64,000 nt of DNA from positions 1-64,000 of IMG/VR virus record IMGVR_UViG_3300046787_000099; one strand, given 5' to 3'. This document shows positions 1 through 8,728 of the stretch, piece after piece. The position numbers and the translations under genes are program-made. This DNA is from a virus. A model generated the notes under the pieces. That model was not told where the DNA came from. It worked only from the letters and a program-made list of their open reading frames with translations, and ran no database searches. How positions within the stretch are numbered: the first letter of the stretch is position 1; every line of letters starts with the position of its first letter.

Positions 1-330
1 TGATGCTGATATATCTATATCTCCTGATATACCACACTGATCCATATCAAAAAATGTCAGACTAGTAAGTGATGAAAGATCAGGGATACCAGCTGAGAAA
101 TTACTATCATCAAGACGTAATTGCTCAAGAGCTGTACATCCTGTTAAATTAATAGATGTTAAACTATTACCACCCTCACCGTCTACTGCATCATTATCAC
201 TTACGTCTACATTTGTTAATTGTGTAAGTCCAGATAGATCTACTGTAGTTAATGAATTAAAATCTGCATTAAAGTTTTGCAGATTGGTTAGGTTTTGTAA
301 ACCTGTTATCGATGTTATTACTGTTGACAT
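1..330 (-). CDS. Leucine-rich-repeat protein, truncated by the window edge
   Basis: Manual translation from ATG at 330: MSTVITSITGLQNLTNLQNFNADFNSLTTVDLSGLTQLTNVDVSDND..., LxxLxxLxxxxNxLxxxDL periodicity; not in the ORF track. Confidence 0.7.
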   Translation of the reverse strand, partial: MSTVITSITGLQNLTNLQNFNADFNSLTTVDLSGLTQLTNVDVSDNDAVDGEGGNSLTSINLTGCTALEQLRLDDSNFSAGIPDLSSLTSLTFFDMDQCGISGDIDISAS

Positions 331-341
331 GTTAGTTAAGA

Positions 342-713
342 TTAGTCGTTACCCCAGAAAGATAAGTATGTTACTCTAGTTGCATCACTAAAACATAGTT
401 GAACAGTGTGTGCAGTATTTTCAGCAGTATACGTATGTTCTATATCTACAGAATTACCAGTAGTAATAGCACCTGTAGTTGTGTTACCATCACCCCATGT
501 AGCAGTGTATGTTATATCTGCTGATGATTCAACAGTCATTCCAAAGTTAAGTCCTCCTGATGTAGTATCAGCTACAAAGCTAATGCAGTTTGGATCCTCT
601 GCAGGTTGACCAATATTATATACAACTCTGGTCAAATACTCTAACTGCTTAGAGATTTGCCACAACAGATTTTCTTCTGTTCCCCAACCTATTTGTCTAG
701 ATGGTATAGCCAT
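342..713 (-). CDS. Small protein with PKD-like Ig domain
   Basis: 123 aa; TWGDG...HTY PKD-like signature. Confidence 0.6.
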   Translation of the reverse strand: MAIPSRQIGWGTEENLLWQISKQLEYLTRVVYNIGQPAEDPNCISFVADTTSGGLNFGMTVESSADITYTATWGDGNTTTGAITTGNSVDIEHTYTAENTAHTVQLCFSDATRVTYLSFWGND

Positions 714-735
714 GATAAATTTTTATTAAATATTA

Positions 736-743
736 CAAATATA
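736..743 (-). promoter_or_regulatory. Bacteroidota-type -7 promoter element (TATATTTG)
   Basis: Matches TAnnTTTG in the intergenic gap upstream of the ORF starting at 713. Confidence 0.55.
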
Positions 744-822
744 TATTAGTTAAAACAATATACAACGGTATATTGAAAATTTAGAATAACGAAAAGTATT
801 ACACCATCTCTAATTAAATTGA

Positions 823-2058
823 TTAGAGATTGATCTTTGTACCTATCATACCCATGTATGTCTGTGGAACTATAGGATTTGTGTTCAATGATGTCTTTAA
901 AGCAAAGTTGAACTTGAATCTTTTGGTCAGAGCTATATCAAATGAAGCTCCTGTCATGATTCCTACATCATTAGATGTAACAAACTTCTGTTGTGCTGTG
1001 AGATAACCTGTAGCACTACCTGATAGATATACATCAGGAGAGATGGTTAGTCTCTTACTTATAGGTACAGGGACAGTATAGAATAGTAGAATGTTGTTTG
1101 ATAGATTCATTCCCTCATCTGCACCAGCTACACTAAATGTATAGTTGACACCTGAAGTTCCCCACTTACCAAACGGGAATATACTAGCAGCTGTAACAAA
1201 CCCTAAGGTTGTACCAGCTAGATACACTCCTGTAATACCAAAGTTAGATATGTTATCTAGTTTACCATCATTGAAGTTCATGATAGTGTATCTACCAGAC
1301 AGAGCAAACTGATTAAGTGTACTCCATATCATTGAGCTTATTCCCCAAGATGTGTTCCCCATAAGAGAACTTTGGGACATTCCTAGCGAAGCAATAACAC
1401 TGAGGTCACTATCAGCTGCAGGAGCGACAGTAAAATCAGAACTATAAATAATAGGGTTAACTCTTGCTTGAGACTTACCAGAACCCTTAGATTCTTTCTT
1501 AGACTCACTCTTCTTCTCAGACTTTGATTCAGACTTGCTCTCTTCTTTACTCTCGCTTTTAGTTTCACTAGTGGACTCACTTTTGGTTTCTGTTTTGGTT
1601 TCTGATGATGATGAACTACTACTAGAAGCAGGTGTAGAACTAGCTGCTGGTGCAGGTGTACTAACAGGAGGAGGACTACTAACAGCTGCAGAGGTAGCAG
1701 CACTTGCTGCAGCAGCTGTGGCTGAACTAGTAGCTTGTGCTGTAGCTTGACTTGTTGCAGTGGCTACAGCCTGTTGTACAGCAGCAGCAACTGTTTGTGT
1801 TACAGCTAATGTAGCTTGTGGACAAGGGAAGTTGATTGTTAAATCATTAATCCATGCCTGCAAAGCACCTGTAGTTATATCATTTGCTGTTACAACTCTG
1901 TATTGTCCTCTATAGACAACTGTAGTTTTACCATTAGCTATTGGGACAGTGACAACAGTAACCTTCCCAGAACACGGATCAATAAATGTCTGTGTTAATA
2001 CCTGACCTTTAACACCAAGAAACGTCAGTAATAGTATTAATAGCCATATCCATTTCAC
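823..2058 (-). CDS. Secreted protein with Ala/Thr/Ser- and Lys/Glu/Ser-rich stalk and putative C-terminal outer-membrane beta-barrel
   Basis: Signal peptide MKWIWLLILLLTFLGVKG; low-complexity linker; C-terminal ~210 aa of amphipathic beta-strands ending ...MGMIGTKINL. Confidence 0.55.
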   Translation of the reverse strand: MKWIWLLILLLTFLGVKGQVLTQTFIDPCSGKVTVVTVPIANGKTTVVYRGQYRVVTANDITTGALQAWINDLTINFPCPQATLAVTQTVAAAVQQAVATATSQATAQATSSATAAAASAATSAAVSSPPPVSTPAPAASSTPASSSSSSSSETKTETKSESTSETKSESKEESKSESKSEKKSESKKESKGSGKSQARVNPIIYSSDFTVAPAADSDLSVIASLGMSQSSLMGNTSWGISSMIWSTLNQFALSGRYTIMNFNDGKLDNISNFGITGVYLAGTTLGFVTAASIFPFGKWGTSGVNYTFSVAGADEGMNLSNNILLFYTVPVPISKRLTISPDVYLSGSATGYLTAQQKFVTSNDVGIMTGASFDIALTKRFKFNFALKTSLNTNPIVPQTYMGMIGTKINL

Positions 2059-2780
2059 TACTTGAATAGATTCTTCTTAACCATTCTCACAATAATCTTT
2101 GCACTAGCAGTCTCAAGTGCCTTCTTAGTCGTTGTGCCAATCGTGGATTGATTAAACTTAATATCAGCAAAGTTACCATCGTTCATTAAGGTTGCTTCTC
2201 TAGTTGTCTTTGCTTCACCAAGTCCTGATCCTACGAACAGAGTACCAGTTTCAGCATCCACAAACTTAACTTGCAAGCCTAGTCTTGTAACCACGGTTTG
2301 CTTAATGCCATCCTTCATAGAGATGGACTCATCTTCTGATACAGAGAAGTCATAAACCTCAATGTAAACAAAGTAGCGAGCTAATCTAATTTTGCCCCTA
2401 CCATCTAGCTTATCTTCTGTGATGCCTTTCTGACTAGCTTGAAACTGTTTTACCATTCGGTTCTTAATCTCAGCTTTATCTTCTGTAAATAGGAATCTGT
2501 TTGTCTCTTCTAGGTATTCAATCACTATGTTAGTAACACCAAGACCAACACGCTTATCCTTTAACTCTGGATAAGCAGCATAGAGATCTTCGTTAATACC
2601 AAGAGATAACAATTGAATAGGAATCTTTGGACCATCATAGTCCATCAATGAATCAATGTTAATCTTCTTTTCAAAGGATGCCTGATAGGCTTCTGTCTTT
2701 ACTGTAGCACTTTGAGCACTAACGTTGGACGTTAGTAATGCACTCAATAATAAACATAAAAATAAGCTTAACTTCTTCAT
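2058..2780 (-). CDS. CsgG/HfaB-like (curli transport family) secreted protein
   Basis: Signal peptide; GLGVTNIVIEYLEETNRF and LGLQVKFVDAETG resemble CsgG-family motifs. Confidence 0.6.
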   Translation of the reverse strand: MKKLSLFLCLLLSALLTSNVSAQSATVKTEAYQASFEKKINIDSLMDYDGPKIPIQLLSLGINEDLYAAYPELKDKRVGLGVTNIVIEYLEETNRFLFTEDKAEIKNRMVKQFQASQKGITEDKLDGRGKIRLARYFVYIEVYDFSVSEDESISMKDGIKQTVVTRLGLQVKFVDAETGTLFVGSGLGEAKTTREATLMNDGNFADIKFNQSTIGTTTKKALETASAKIIVRMVKKNLFK

Positions 2781-2808
2781 ATAGTTTTCTCATTAAGAGG
2801 GGGTTTCG

Positions 2809-3117
2809 TTACCACTTAGGCTCTTCTTCCAAAGCCTCCTTTTCTGTTTTTGCTTTAGGTTTAGCAGGAGCAGCCTCCTTTTCTTTAATGATAACAGTCT
2901 TACCACCAGCACTAGCAGCTTGTTTCTGTTGCTGAGTGTTATTAGTTGTGATGTTAATCACTGGAGCAGGAGCTGAGACAGCAGCTGGTTGTGCAGCAGC
3001 TTCTTCTTCACCTGTTAATTGTTTTGTTACATAACCACCAACACCTAGTGCGATAGTACTTGCTAGTCCGATAAAGATGCTCTTTAATGAGCCTCCTCCT
3101 TCTTGTTCTTCTGCCAT
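2809..3117 (-). CDS. Small single-TM protein with Ala/Pro/Lys-rich tail
   Basis: Hydrophobic segment SIFIGLASTIALGVGGYV; tightly packed in the operon. Confidence 0.6.
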   Translation of the reverse strand: MAEEQEGGGSLKSIFIGLASTIALGVGGYVTKQLTGEEEAAAQPAAVSAPAPVINITTNNTQQQKQAASAGGKTVIIKEKEAAPAKPKAKTEKEALEEEPKW

Positions 3118-3118
3118 T

Positions 3119-3475
3119 TTAATTAAGGATTAAAGGTTTCTTGATAATTGTTCCTGCAATGTCTGTAAGAGTTAAATCGTACATACCTGCAGGTAAGTCG
3201 TTCAGATTGATAGTTTTAATTGTAGCCTCTGAACTAGCTGTAAAGCCTACTGTCTTAACAGGATCACTCTTACCAAATGCGTACACTTGTAGAGAGTATT
3301 TAGCTCCTGCTGTTGTATTAGCTACTATTGTGGTAGACTTATTAGCAACAACAATAGATGTAATGTCTGTACCCTTTGCTGTTGCACCAAGATTGATAGG
3401 TTGTTCTACCACTTGAATATCCTCACAGGATGCTAAGAATAATATGAATACTATGTATATAAATGCGTGTCTCAT
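3119..3475 (-). CDS. Lipoprotein with T9SS-CTD-like Ig domain
   Basis: Lipobox LFLASC; C-terminus DLPAGMYDLTLT...KKPLIL resembles the LxxGxY...K-phi-phi T9SS sorting domain. Confidence 0.55.
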   Translation of the reverse strand: MRHAFIYIVFILFLASCEDIQVVEQPINLGATAKGTDITSIVVANKSTTIVANTTAGAKYSLQVYAFGKSDPVKTVGFTASSEATIKTINLNDLPAGMYDLTLTDIAGTIIKKPLILN

Positions 3476-3476
3476 G

Positions 3477-5243
3477 TTAGAAGTTGTTATAGCCTGTTAA
3501 CTTGATTGTATCTGTTGATAAGTTGATTCCTAACTGATAACCAGTCTTAGATGCTGCATCCATCACAGGACTCACTCTAATAGTAGAGTTGATGTCTAAA
3601 GGATTGATCACTGTAGAGAATCTTAACTTGAATGGTGTAAGCTCTCCTGTTACAGCGTTCTTTGCTTCTTTGTCAATTGAACCAAACTTTACTCTACCCT
3701 CCTTATTATCTACAAATGTGTACCATGTGTTAGGTAGCTCATTGAAGATTTGCTCAAACTTGATCTTAGTAGGATCGTATGTAAACTCAAACTGTAGAGC
3801 TGATACATTCAATCCATTTGTTTTAATCTGTACAGGGATATCAACTGTACTAGATGTAAGAACTAGGTTCTTCAAGTTCACATCAATAGCAGGGATAGCC
3901 TGTGTAGTGTTGATAAGTAAGTTAGCAGTGTGTGTCTTAGCTAAGTTCTTTTGTAAACTAGGAACAGCATTAGTAGCTACAGCATTGTTGATAATCACCT
4001 GTGAACTGTGTGATCTATTGATATCACCAGGGATCACGTAACGTAGTTTCAATGGAAGATTCTCTCCTATAGTACCAGTCTTGAAGCGTACATAGTTTGT
4101 AGGAATAGTTTTCCAAGAACTAGATGTAGCTGCATTAAATGTTGTCACATCAAATGTAGGCACACTCATGTACATATCTGTACTAGCAACATAACCACTA
4201 GGTAAGGTAACTAAGTTTTCTACTCCAGTCACCTGAGAGAATAGCCTGACTAGGTCACCACCATCAAACGTCTTATTGAAGTTAACATCAGCAGCATAGT
4301 AACCCATACCTGTGATGATATTCTGGTTCTTGAATGTACCATCTAAGTTCTGTGTAACAAACTCAGCTTGTGCTGTAGTGTAATCAGATACAGTAACAGC
4401 AGCAGAAGATAAGTCTCTCACTGAGTCCATGTTGAATAGAACACGAACATGATACACTGTATTAGGTTGGAATCTAGTCTGATCAACAGGAATAGTTCCA
4501 TCTGATAAAGCATCTACTAAGTATGTCTGATTAGTTACAGAGTCTGTAAATGCTACCCTGTGTAATGAGAACTGATCTACATTAGCATTGAAGTCTATTG
4601 TAGGATTCACATATCTACTAGCTGTAGGATCTAGCATGATCACACTAGTTAAAGGTGTAGTCATGATTGTAGAACCATTGCTACCATTCTGATTGAAGGC
4701 AGCAGCAAAGTTCATCTTGATAGGATCCCATGCAAATCCAGGAGCATCAGTCTTTAGTTTGTATTTTAGATTAAGTAGTTTACCCACTCCTAGTCCACCA
4801 GAAGCAATAGACCAGTTAAGATATACACGAAGGATTGATTTAGCTCCTCCTGGTGTGTAGTTGTACGAACCATTAAAGTATCTAACAGTACCATCAGTAA
4901 CACTGTTAGCTTGTGTAGATACCCAGTTATATCCAGGATAATTCTGATGACTTAGACTAACCTGAGCATTTGCAGGAAGAACACTACCTGCTGGAGTGTT
5001 GGTTACACCTAACAGCTGTAGAGCTGTGTTAGTGTATTCAAAATCAAAATATAGAGAACGAACTGATAAGTTACTATTACCATCAGCATGTATCTCTACA
5101 TCTAATGTATCTCCCTTGTTAATAACAGCACCACGAGTGTTTACATTGTTTGTATCATTAGGGAAGTAAAGTTTAACTGTTTGACCATACAAATGTCCAG
5201 TTAATAAACAAATAAACTGGACAATTAAAAGGAGTTTTTTCAT
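3477..5243 (-). CDS. Secreted cohesin-domain protein with dockerin/EF-hand-like motif
   Basis: Signal peptide; cohesin-like VDIPVQI..VSALQFEFTYDPTKIKF (C-term) and SLYFDFEYTNTALQL (N-term); ADVNFNKTFDGGDL and PGDINRS dockerin-like loops. Confidence 0.6.
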   Translation of the reverse strand: MKKLLLIVQFICLLTGHLYGQTVKLYFPNDTNNVNTRGAVINKGDTLDVEIHADGNSNLSVRSLYFDFEYTNTALQLLGVTNTPAGSVLPANAQVSLSHQNYPGYNWVSTQANSVTDGTVRYFNGSYNYTPGGAKSILRVYLNWSIASGGLGVGKLLNLKYKLKTDAPGFAWDPIKMNFAAAFNQNGSNGSTIMTTPLTSVIMLDPTASRYVNPTIDFNANVDQFSLHRVAFTDSVTNQTYLVDALSDGTIPVDQTRFQPNTVYHVRVLFNMDSVRDLSSAAVTVSDYTTAQAEFVTQNLDGTFKNQNIITGMGYYAADVNFNKTFDGGDLVRLFSQVTGVENLVTLPSGYVASTDMYMSVPTFDVTTFNAATSSSWKTIPTNYVRFKTGTIGENLPLKLRYVIPGDINRSHSSQVIINNAVATNAVPSLQKNLAKTHTANLLINTTQAIPAIDVNLKNLVLTSSTVDIPVQIKTNGLNVSALQFEFTYDPTKIKFEQIFNELPNTWYTFVDNKEGRVKFGSIDKEAKNAVTGELTPFKLRFSTVINPLDINSTIRVSPVMDAASKTGYQLGINLSTDTIKLTGYNNF

Positions 5244-5788
5244 TATAAGAGTTTGTTAACCAATGTATTACAGGACTTTTTCAAAGCGGTACTTAGGTTG
5301 GTTTGGTTAAATTTTCCTCCTTCATCAATAAGTAATGTGGACATGGACACCTCTTCTGCAGACTCCTCTACAACAACTGTCTTAATTACCTTACCCTTGT
5401 CAAGTAGTTTACCTCTCATTCTAATCACAACAGCATCTGTGTTCTTGTGAAAGACTGATAGGTTTGATTGAGTTTTTAATACATCTAAGTATAAGATCTC
5501 CACCTCTATAGTTCTATTAGCATAAGGATTAAGAACTAAATCTTTCTCCTCTACAATAAATTCATCTAAGATGTTTTGTACACCAAACTCTAAGTTCCTG
5601 TTACCAGCAAGTGATCCCATGACCACCTTGTTCTTAACAGATGAAACAAAGATGCCATCATCAGTTTTGCCTAGAGAAATCTCTCTAGCCTTCTCAGGGT
5701 TAGTAAATACAACAGTCATCCAAGCTGCTTGGATAGTTAGTGCGGACATCACAATTAGATATCCTAGGAATATAGCTATGCGTACCAT
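5243..5788 (-). CDS. Membrane-anchored protein, second CsgG-like paralogue
   Basis: N-terminal TM; LEFGVQNIL and KFNQTNLSTALKKS align by eye with VGLGVTNIV and KFNQSTIGTTTKKA of 2058-2780. Confidence 0.5.
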   Translation of the reverse strand: MVRIAIFLGYLIVMSALTIQAAWMTVVFTNPEKAREISLGKTDDGIFVSSVKNKVVMGSLAGNRNLEFGVQNILDEFIVEEKDLVLNPYANRTIEVEILYLDVLKTQSNLSVFHKNTDAVVIRMRGKLLDKGKVIKTVVVEESAEEVSMSTLLIDEGGKFNQTNLSTALKKSCNTLVNKLL

Positions 5789-5815
5789 GTTGGTTTGTTA
5801 AAAAAGGGCAGGATA

Positions 5816-5947
5816 TTATCTACCTTGCCCTCTGTATTTTCTTTTAGTTGCATTTGCTTTTGGTCCAGATGTTTTAGCATGCTTGCCTTTGCGTCTTGTT
5901 CCAAATACAATCTTCTTAGATTCTGCAGATCCTTTTGCCTTTGCCAT
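5816..5947 (-). CDS. Small basic protein (43 aa) ending YRGQGR
   Basis: Manual translation MAKAKGSAESKKIVFGTRRKGKHAKTSGPKANATKRKYRGQGR; start overlaps the endolysin stop (TAATG). Confidence 0.65.
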   Translation of the reverse strand: MAKAKGSAESKKIVFGTRRKGKHAKTSGPKANATKRKYRGQGR

Positions 5948-6831
5948 TATACAAGTAGTTTATAATATTCATTAAAATGTTTAATACGATCTGGTAAACC
6001 AATGGTTCCACCATTTACTCTCTTTGTTACAGCAGTCACTGTAGCTACGTCAGCCCCTTTATCACAAATAGCCCAAAGCTTGTTTGAGTTAAAGAAGAAT
6101 GCTGCTGATGCTAATGGATACTTAGTTGCTACTAAATCTGGGTTAGCCATAATATCTTCTGGTACAGTTTTGTCAAATAAACTATAGTTGCTTTTACCTG
6201 TCAGCTGGATATATCCTCTTCCCCGATGTGCAAATCCGTCTCCTGAAGATTCAGGTCCATTACCCATTCTGTTTGCGTAAACAAGGTTAGCAATCTTATC
6301 AGGCTTCTTTTCATATTGTAAAGCAATCTTAGCATTAGGAAAATACTTCTTGAATATCTTCATCAATCCTGGAGCTTTGTAGTTTAAGTTCTCACGAACT
6401 GCAATAAAGCCTCCACTCTCATGACCACACTGTGCCAGAAAGTGGGCAAGACGTAATGGTGTAGTAATACCAAAACGTGCTGCTGTGTCAGGGATCTGTG
6501 CTATTACAGCATCAGGAATGTGTCCTTTAAGATTGTGTAGTTTGAATCCTGAGTTATCAAAAATAGGTACAGCTGGTGCAGAAGGAACAAATACCGTTGA
6601 TGAAGTGACATGTGGAAGTGTTGCTACAGGAGCTTGGGGAAGAGCCTCAATACCAAGTTTAGACAATGTGAAAGGACCAGCTATACCATCAGCTTGTAAG
6701 CCGTTAGCTTTCTGCCATGCAATAAGAGCTGCTTCAGTCTTAGGACCGAACTTACCAATAGCATCTACACCAAGCTTCTCTTGAAGCTTAGTTACTAATG
6801 GACCTTCATCACCTCTTCTTAATGTTGACAT
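5947..6831 (-). CDS. Endolysin: N-terminal peptidoglycan-binding domain plus GH19 lysozyme/chitinase-like domain
   Basis: GKFGPKTEAAL..WQKANGLQADGIAGP (PG_binding_1); AHFLAQCGHESGG, RGRGYIQLTGKSNY, TKRVNGG (GH19). Confidence 0.92.
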   Translation of the reverse strand: MSTLRRGDEGPLVTKLQEKLGVDAIGKFGPKTEAALIAWQKANGLQADGIAGPFTLSKLGIEALPQAPVATLPHVTSSTVFVPSAPAVPIFDNSGFKLHNLKGHIPDAVIAQIPDTAARFGITTPLRLAHFLAQCGHESGGFIAVRENLNYKAPGLMKIFKKYFPNAKIALQYEKKPDKIANLVYANRMGNGPESSGDGFAHRGRGYIQLTGKSNYSLFDKTVPEDIMANPDLVATKYPLASAAFFFNSNKLWAICDKGADVATVTAVTKRVNGGTIGLPDRIKHFNEYYKLLV

Positions 6832-6980
6832 TATTTCTTCTTCTTGTAAACTCTTTTCTTCTTAGGCTTAACCACAGGAGCTTCTTCTACTGGATCAAGA
6901 TCTATAATAGCACGTCTGATTTCCTGCTCAACCTTTGGAGCAGCAAACAGTAATGATTTAAGGAAGTTTAAAAATTTCAT
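6831..6980 (-). CDS. Small protein (49 aa), amphipathic N-terminus and Lys-rich C-terminus
   Basis: Manual translation MKFLNFLKSLLFAAPKVEQEIRRAIIDLDPVEEAPVVKPKKKRVYKKKK; stop overlaps the endolysin ATG. Confidence 0.6.
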   Translation of the reverse strand: MKFLNFLKSLLFAAPKVEQEIRRAIIDLDPVEEAPVVKPKKKRVYKKKK

Positions 6981-6986
6981 GGTTGG

Positions 6987-7592
6987 TTATTTGATTTTAT
7001 AAAAGTATGATGCACCGTACATCACCTGTCCATCTAGATCAACTGATGTAGTGATCTGGTATAGTTTATCTTTCTTAGTCTTGTATATCACACCAGCCTC
7101 AGCACCACGGATACCTAGAGAGTTATTAGCCAACACACCTGCTCCAACATAAAGATTGCGTGTTGGGGGTGCATACTTAGTGATCGTCTTAGTTTCCTTA
7201 ACAATAGGGATCTGATAATTCTCACGTGTTTTTCTGTTGGTTAATTTGTTCTCTCTTACAGAGTCTTGTACAAGGATGTATCCAAATGTAGATATTCTCA
7301 ACGTGTCTGAGTAGAACTTCTGGTTCAGATACAACTGTAACAATGCTTCGTACTGACGTTTCAATGCTGCATAGTTTGTATCTGGTAACATCTCTGGTTT
7401 AGATTCAATAGGAACTTCAACTTCATAAGGTACAGGAACCTTTCTAACTACAATAGAATCATGGATCTGCCATGATGTATCATGTACAGTGATGGTATCA
7501 TTTGGACGTGCTTCTCCTGCTGCCACATGCTTAGTGTAAGCATAGAAGATGGCAATCATGCAACATACAAATAGAATGATATTAACCTTCAT
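6987..7592 (-). CDS. Lysis-module membrane protein, possible spanin-like
   Basis: N-terminal TM, D-T/S-I beta repeats and C-terminal amphipathic strands (YGASYFYKIK); lies between holin-like genes and the endolysin. Confidence 0.45.
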   Translation of the reverse strand: MKVNIILFVCCMIAIFYAYTKHVAAGEARPNDTITVHDTSWQIHDSIVVRKVPVPYEVEVPIESKPEMLPDTNYAALKRQYEALLQLYLNQKFYSDTLRISTFGYILVQDSVRENKLTNRKTRENYQIPIVKETKTITKYAPPTRNLYVGAGVLANNSLGIRGAEAGVIYKTKKDKLYQITTSVDLDGQVMYGASYFYKIK

Positions 7593-7872
7593 CTTCTGGT
7601 AGTGGATGTGTATCAGCTCCTAATAGAGCTTTGTCGCGATCAGCTTCTGTTTTACGGTTCTGTACCTTCTCATAAGAAGAGATACCAAAGCATCCTGCTG
7701 TCAATGCAGCAAATACTTCAAGGATAATTGGTTCGATTACAAACTGCTTGCCTTCAAGTCCAGTGATTACATCAATGATACCGTAAGCTGCTAGAATACC
7801 AAATGATAAAAAGCCTAATACAGACTTCTCATTGATATCATTATCGTCTTTAAAAATGTCTAATAATTTCAT
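7582..7872 (-). CDS. Putative holin (2 TM)
   Basis: 96 aa with two hydrophobic helices and a charged C-terminus; upstream of the endolysin. Confidence 0.55.
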   Translation of the reverse strand: MKLLDIFKDDNDINEKSVLGFLSFGILAAYGIIDVITGLEGKQFVIEPIILEVFAALTAGCFGISSYEKVQNRKTEADRDKALLGADTHPLPEDEG

Positions 7873-7873
7873 A

Positions 7874-8164
7874 TTATATTTTGGTTAGGTATTTCCTTAC
7901 TTTATTGTCTTGCTCAGGTCTTATTCCTACCACATCTAACATCCTTACCTGTTTAGGTAGTTTGAATGGAGGCATTGTAGGAGCATATCCTGTCTTATAA
8001 ACTTCTCTTTCTAAGCCATCAATCCTCACTCTACTCTCTGCTGTTACTTGTATCAGCACATCCATCTTCTCATTCATTGTGTGAATGTCGTTCCATATCA
8101 TACCAAACATACCCACTACTAGAACGGATAAAGCTTTGTCTTTGATGTCTTGAAATGAAGCCAT
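7874..8164 (-). CDS. Single-TM coiled-coil protein (holin/antiholin-like)
   Basis: ALSVLVVGMFGMIW TM followed by a heptad-like segment; first gene of the lysis module. Confidence 0.45.
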   Translation of the reverse strand: MASFQDIKDKALSVLVVGMFGMIWNDIHTMNEKMDVLIQVTAESRVRIDGLEREVYKTGYAPTMPPFKLPKQVRMLDVVGIRPEQDNKVRKYLTKI

Positions 8165-8171
8165 AGATATA

Positions 8172-8214
8172 GAAAAAAAATAGCATACCCATCCCGTTAG
8201 GGCAGATATGCTAT
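8172..8214 (-). terminator. Intrinsic terminator-like hairpin directly upstream of the lysis module
   Basis: ATAGCATA (8180-8187) / TATGCTAT (8207-8214) stem followed by a T-tract on the minus strand. Confidence 0.6.
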
Positions 8215-8288
8215 GTAGTTAAAACAAAAAAGGAAGATTAAAACTAAGCGGAAAGTGCTTTCGAAACTAGCTGGTTACAGCTTAAGAG

Positions 8289-8296
8289 CAAATATA
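8289..8296 (-). promoter_or_regulatory. Bacteroidota-type -7 promoter element (TATATTTG)
   Basis: TAnnTTTG match with a TTG upstream, in an intergenic gap. Confidence 0.55.
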
Positions 8297-8331
8297 TGTA
8301 ATACAAATTATATATGCAAGTAAAATTTCAA

Positions 8332-8700
8332 TTAATACTCTTGGTAAGATTTCTCTTCGATGATATCAGAACCATACTTAATGTTGATAGCTTTCTTAAC
8401 AGCAGCTCTCTTGTCATTAGTAATATAAACTTCACGAGCAAGCTGGATGAATTCATTATCAAAGTCACCTAGTCTTTCGTACTCTCTGATCTTATCCTCA
8501 ATGCTCCACAATGTTAGATTGATTGAGCACAACTCTGTGTATAACTTGTCGATTAATATCTCAGCAGGGAAAGCTTCTATCAATAATGATAGTTCTTTCT
8601 GGACATTCTTTAGCTTCTCAGGATCAGTGATCCTTTCGTTCTTTATTACGAGAATACTGATCTTATCAGCTATTTCTCCTATACTAACATCTATTAACAT
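8332..8700 (-). CDS. DUF6165-like protein, divergent from the glycosyltransferase cluster
   Basis: VSIGEIADKISIL.IK.ERI.D.EKL.NV.KEL...LW.IED.IR..E...DFD.EFI.LAR.VY.TND.RA..KK.IN...GS.IIEEKSY recognised pattern. Confidence 0.7.
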   Translation of the reverse strand: MLIDVSIGEIADKISILVIKNERITDPEKLKNVQKELSLLIEAFPAEILIDKLYTELCSINLTLWSIEDKIREYERLGDFDNEFIQLAREVYITNDKRAAVKKAINIKYGSDIIEEKSYQEY

Positions 8701-8728
8701 GTCTGTTGTTTTTTTGTGTAAATATATC

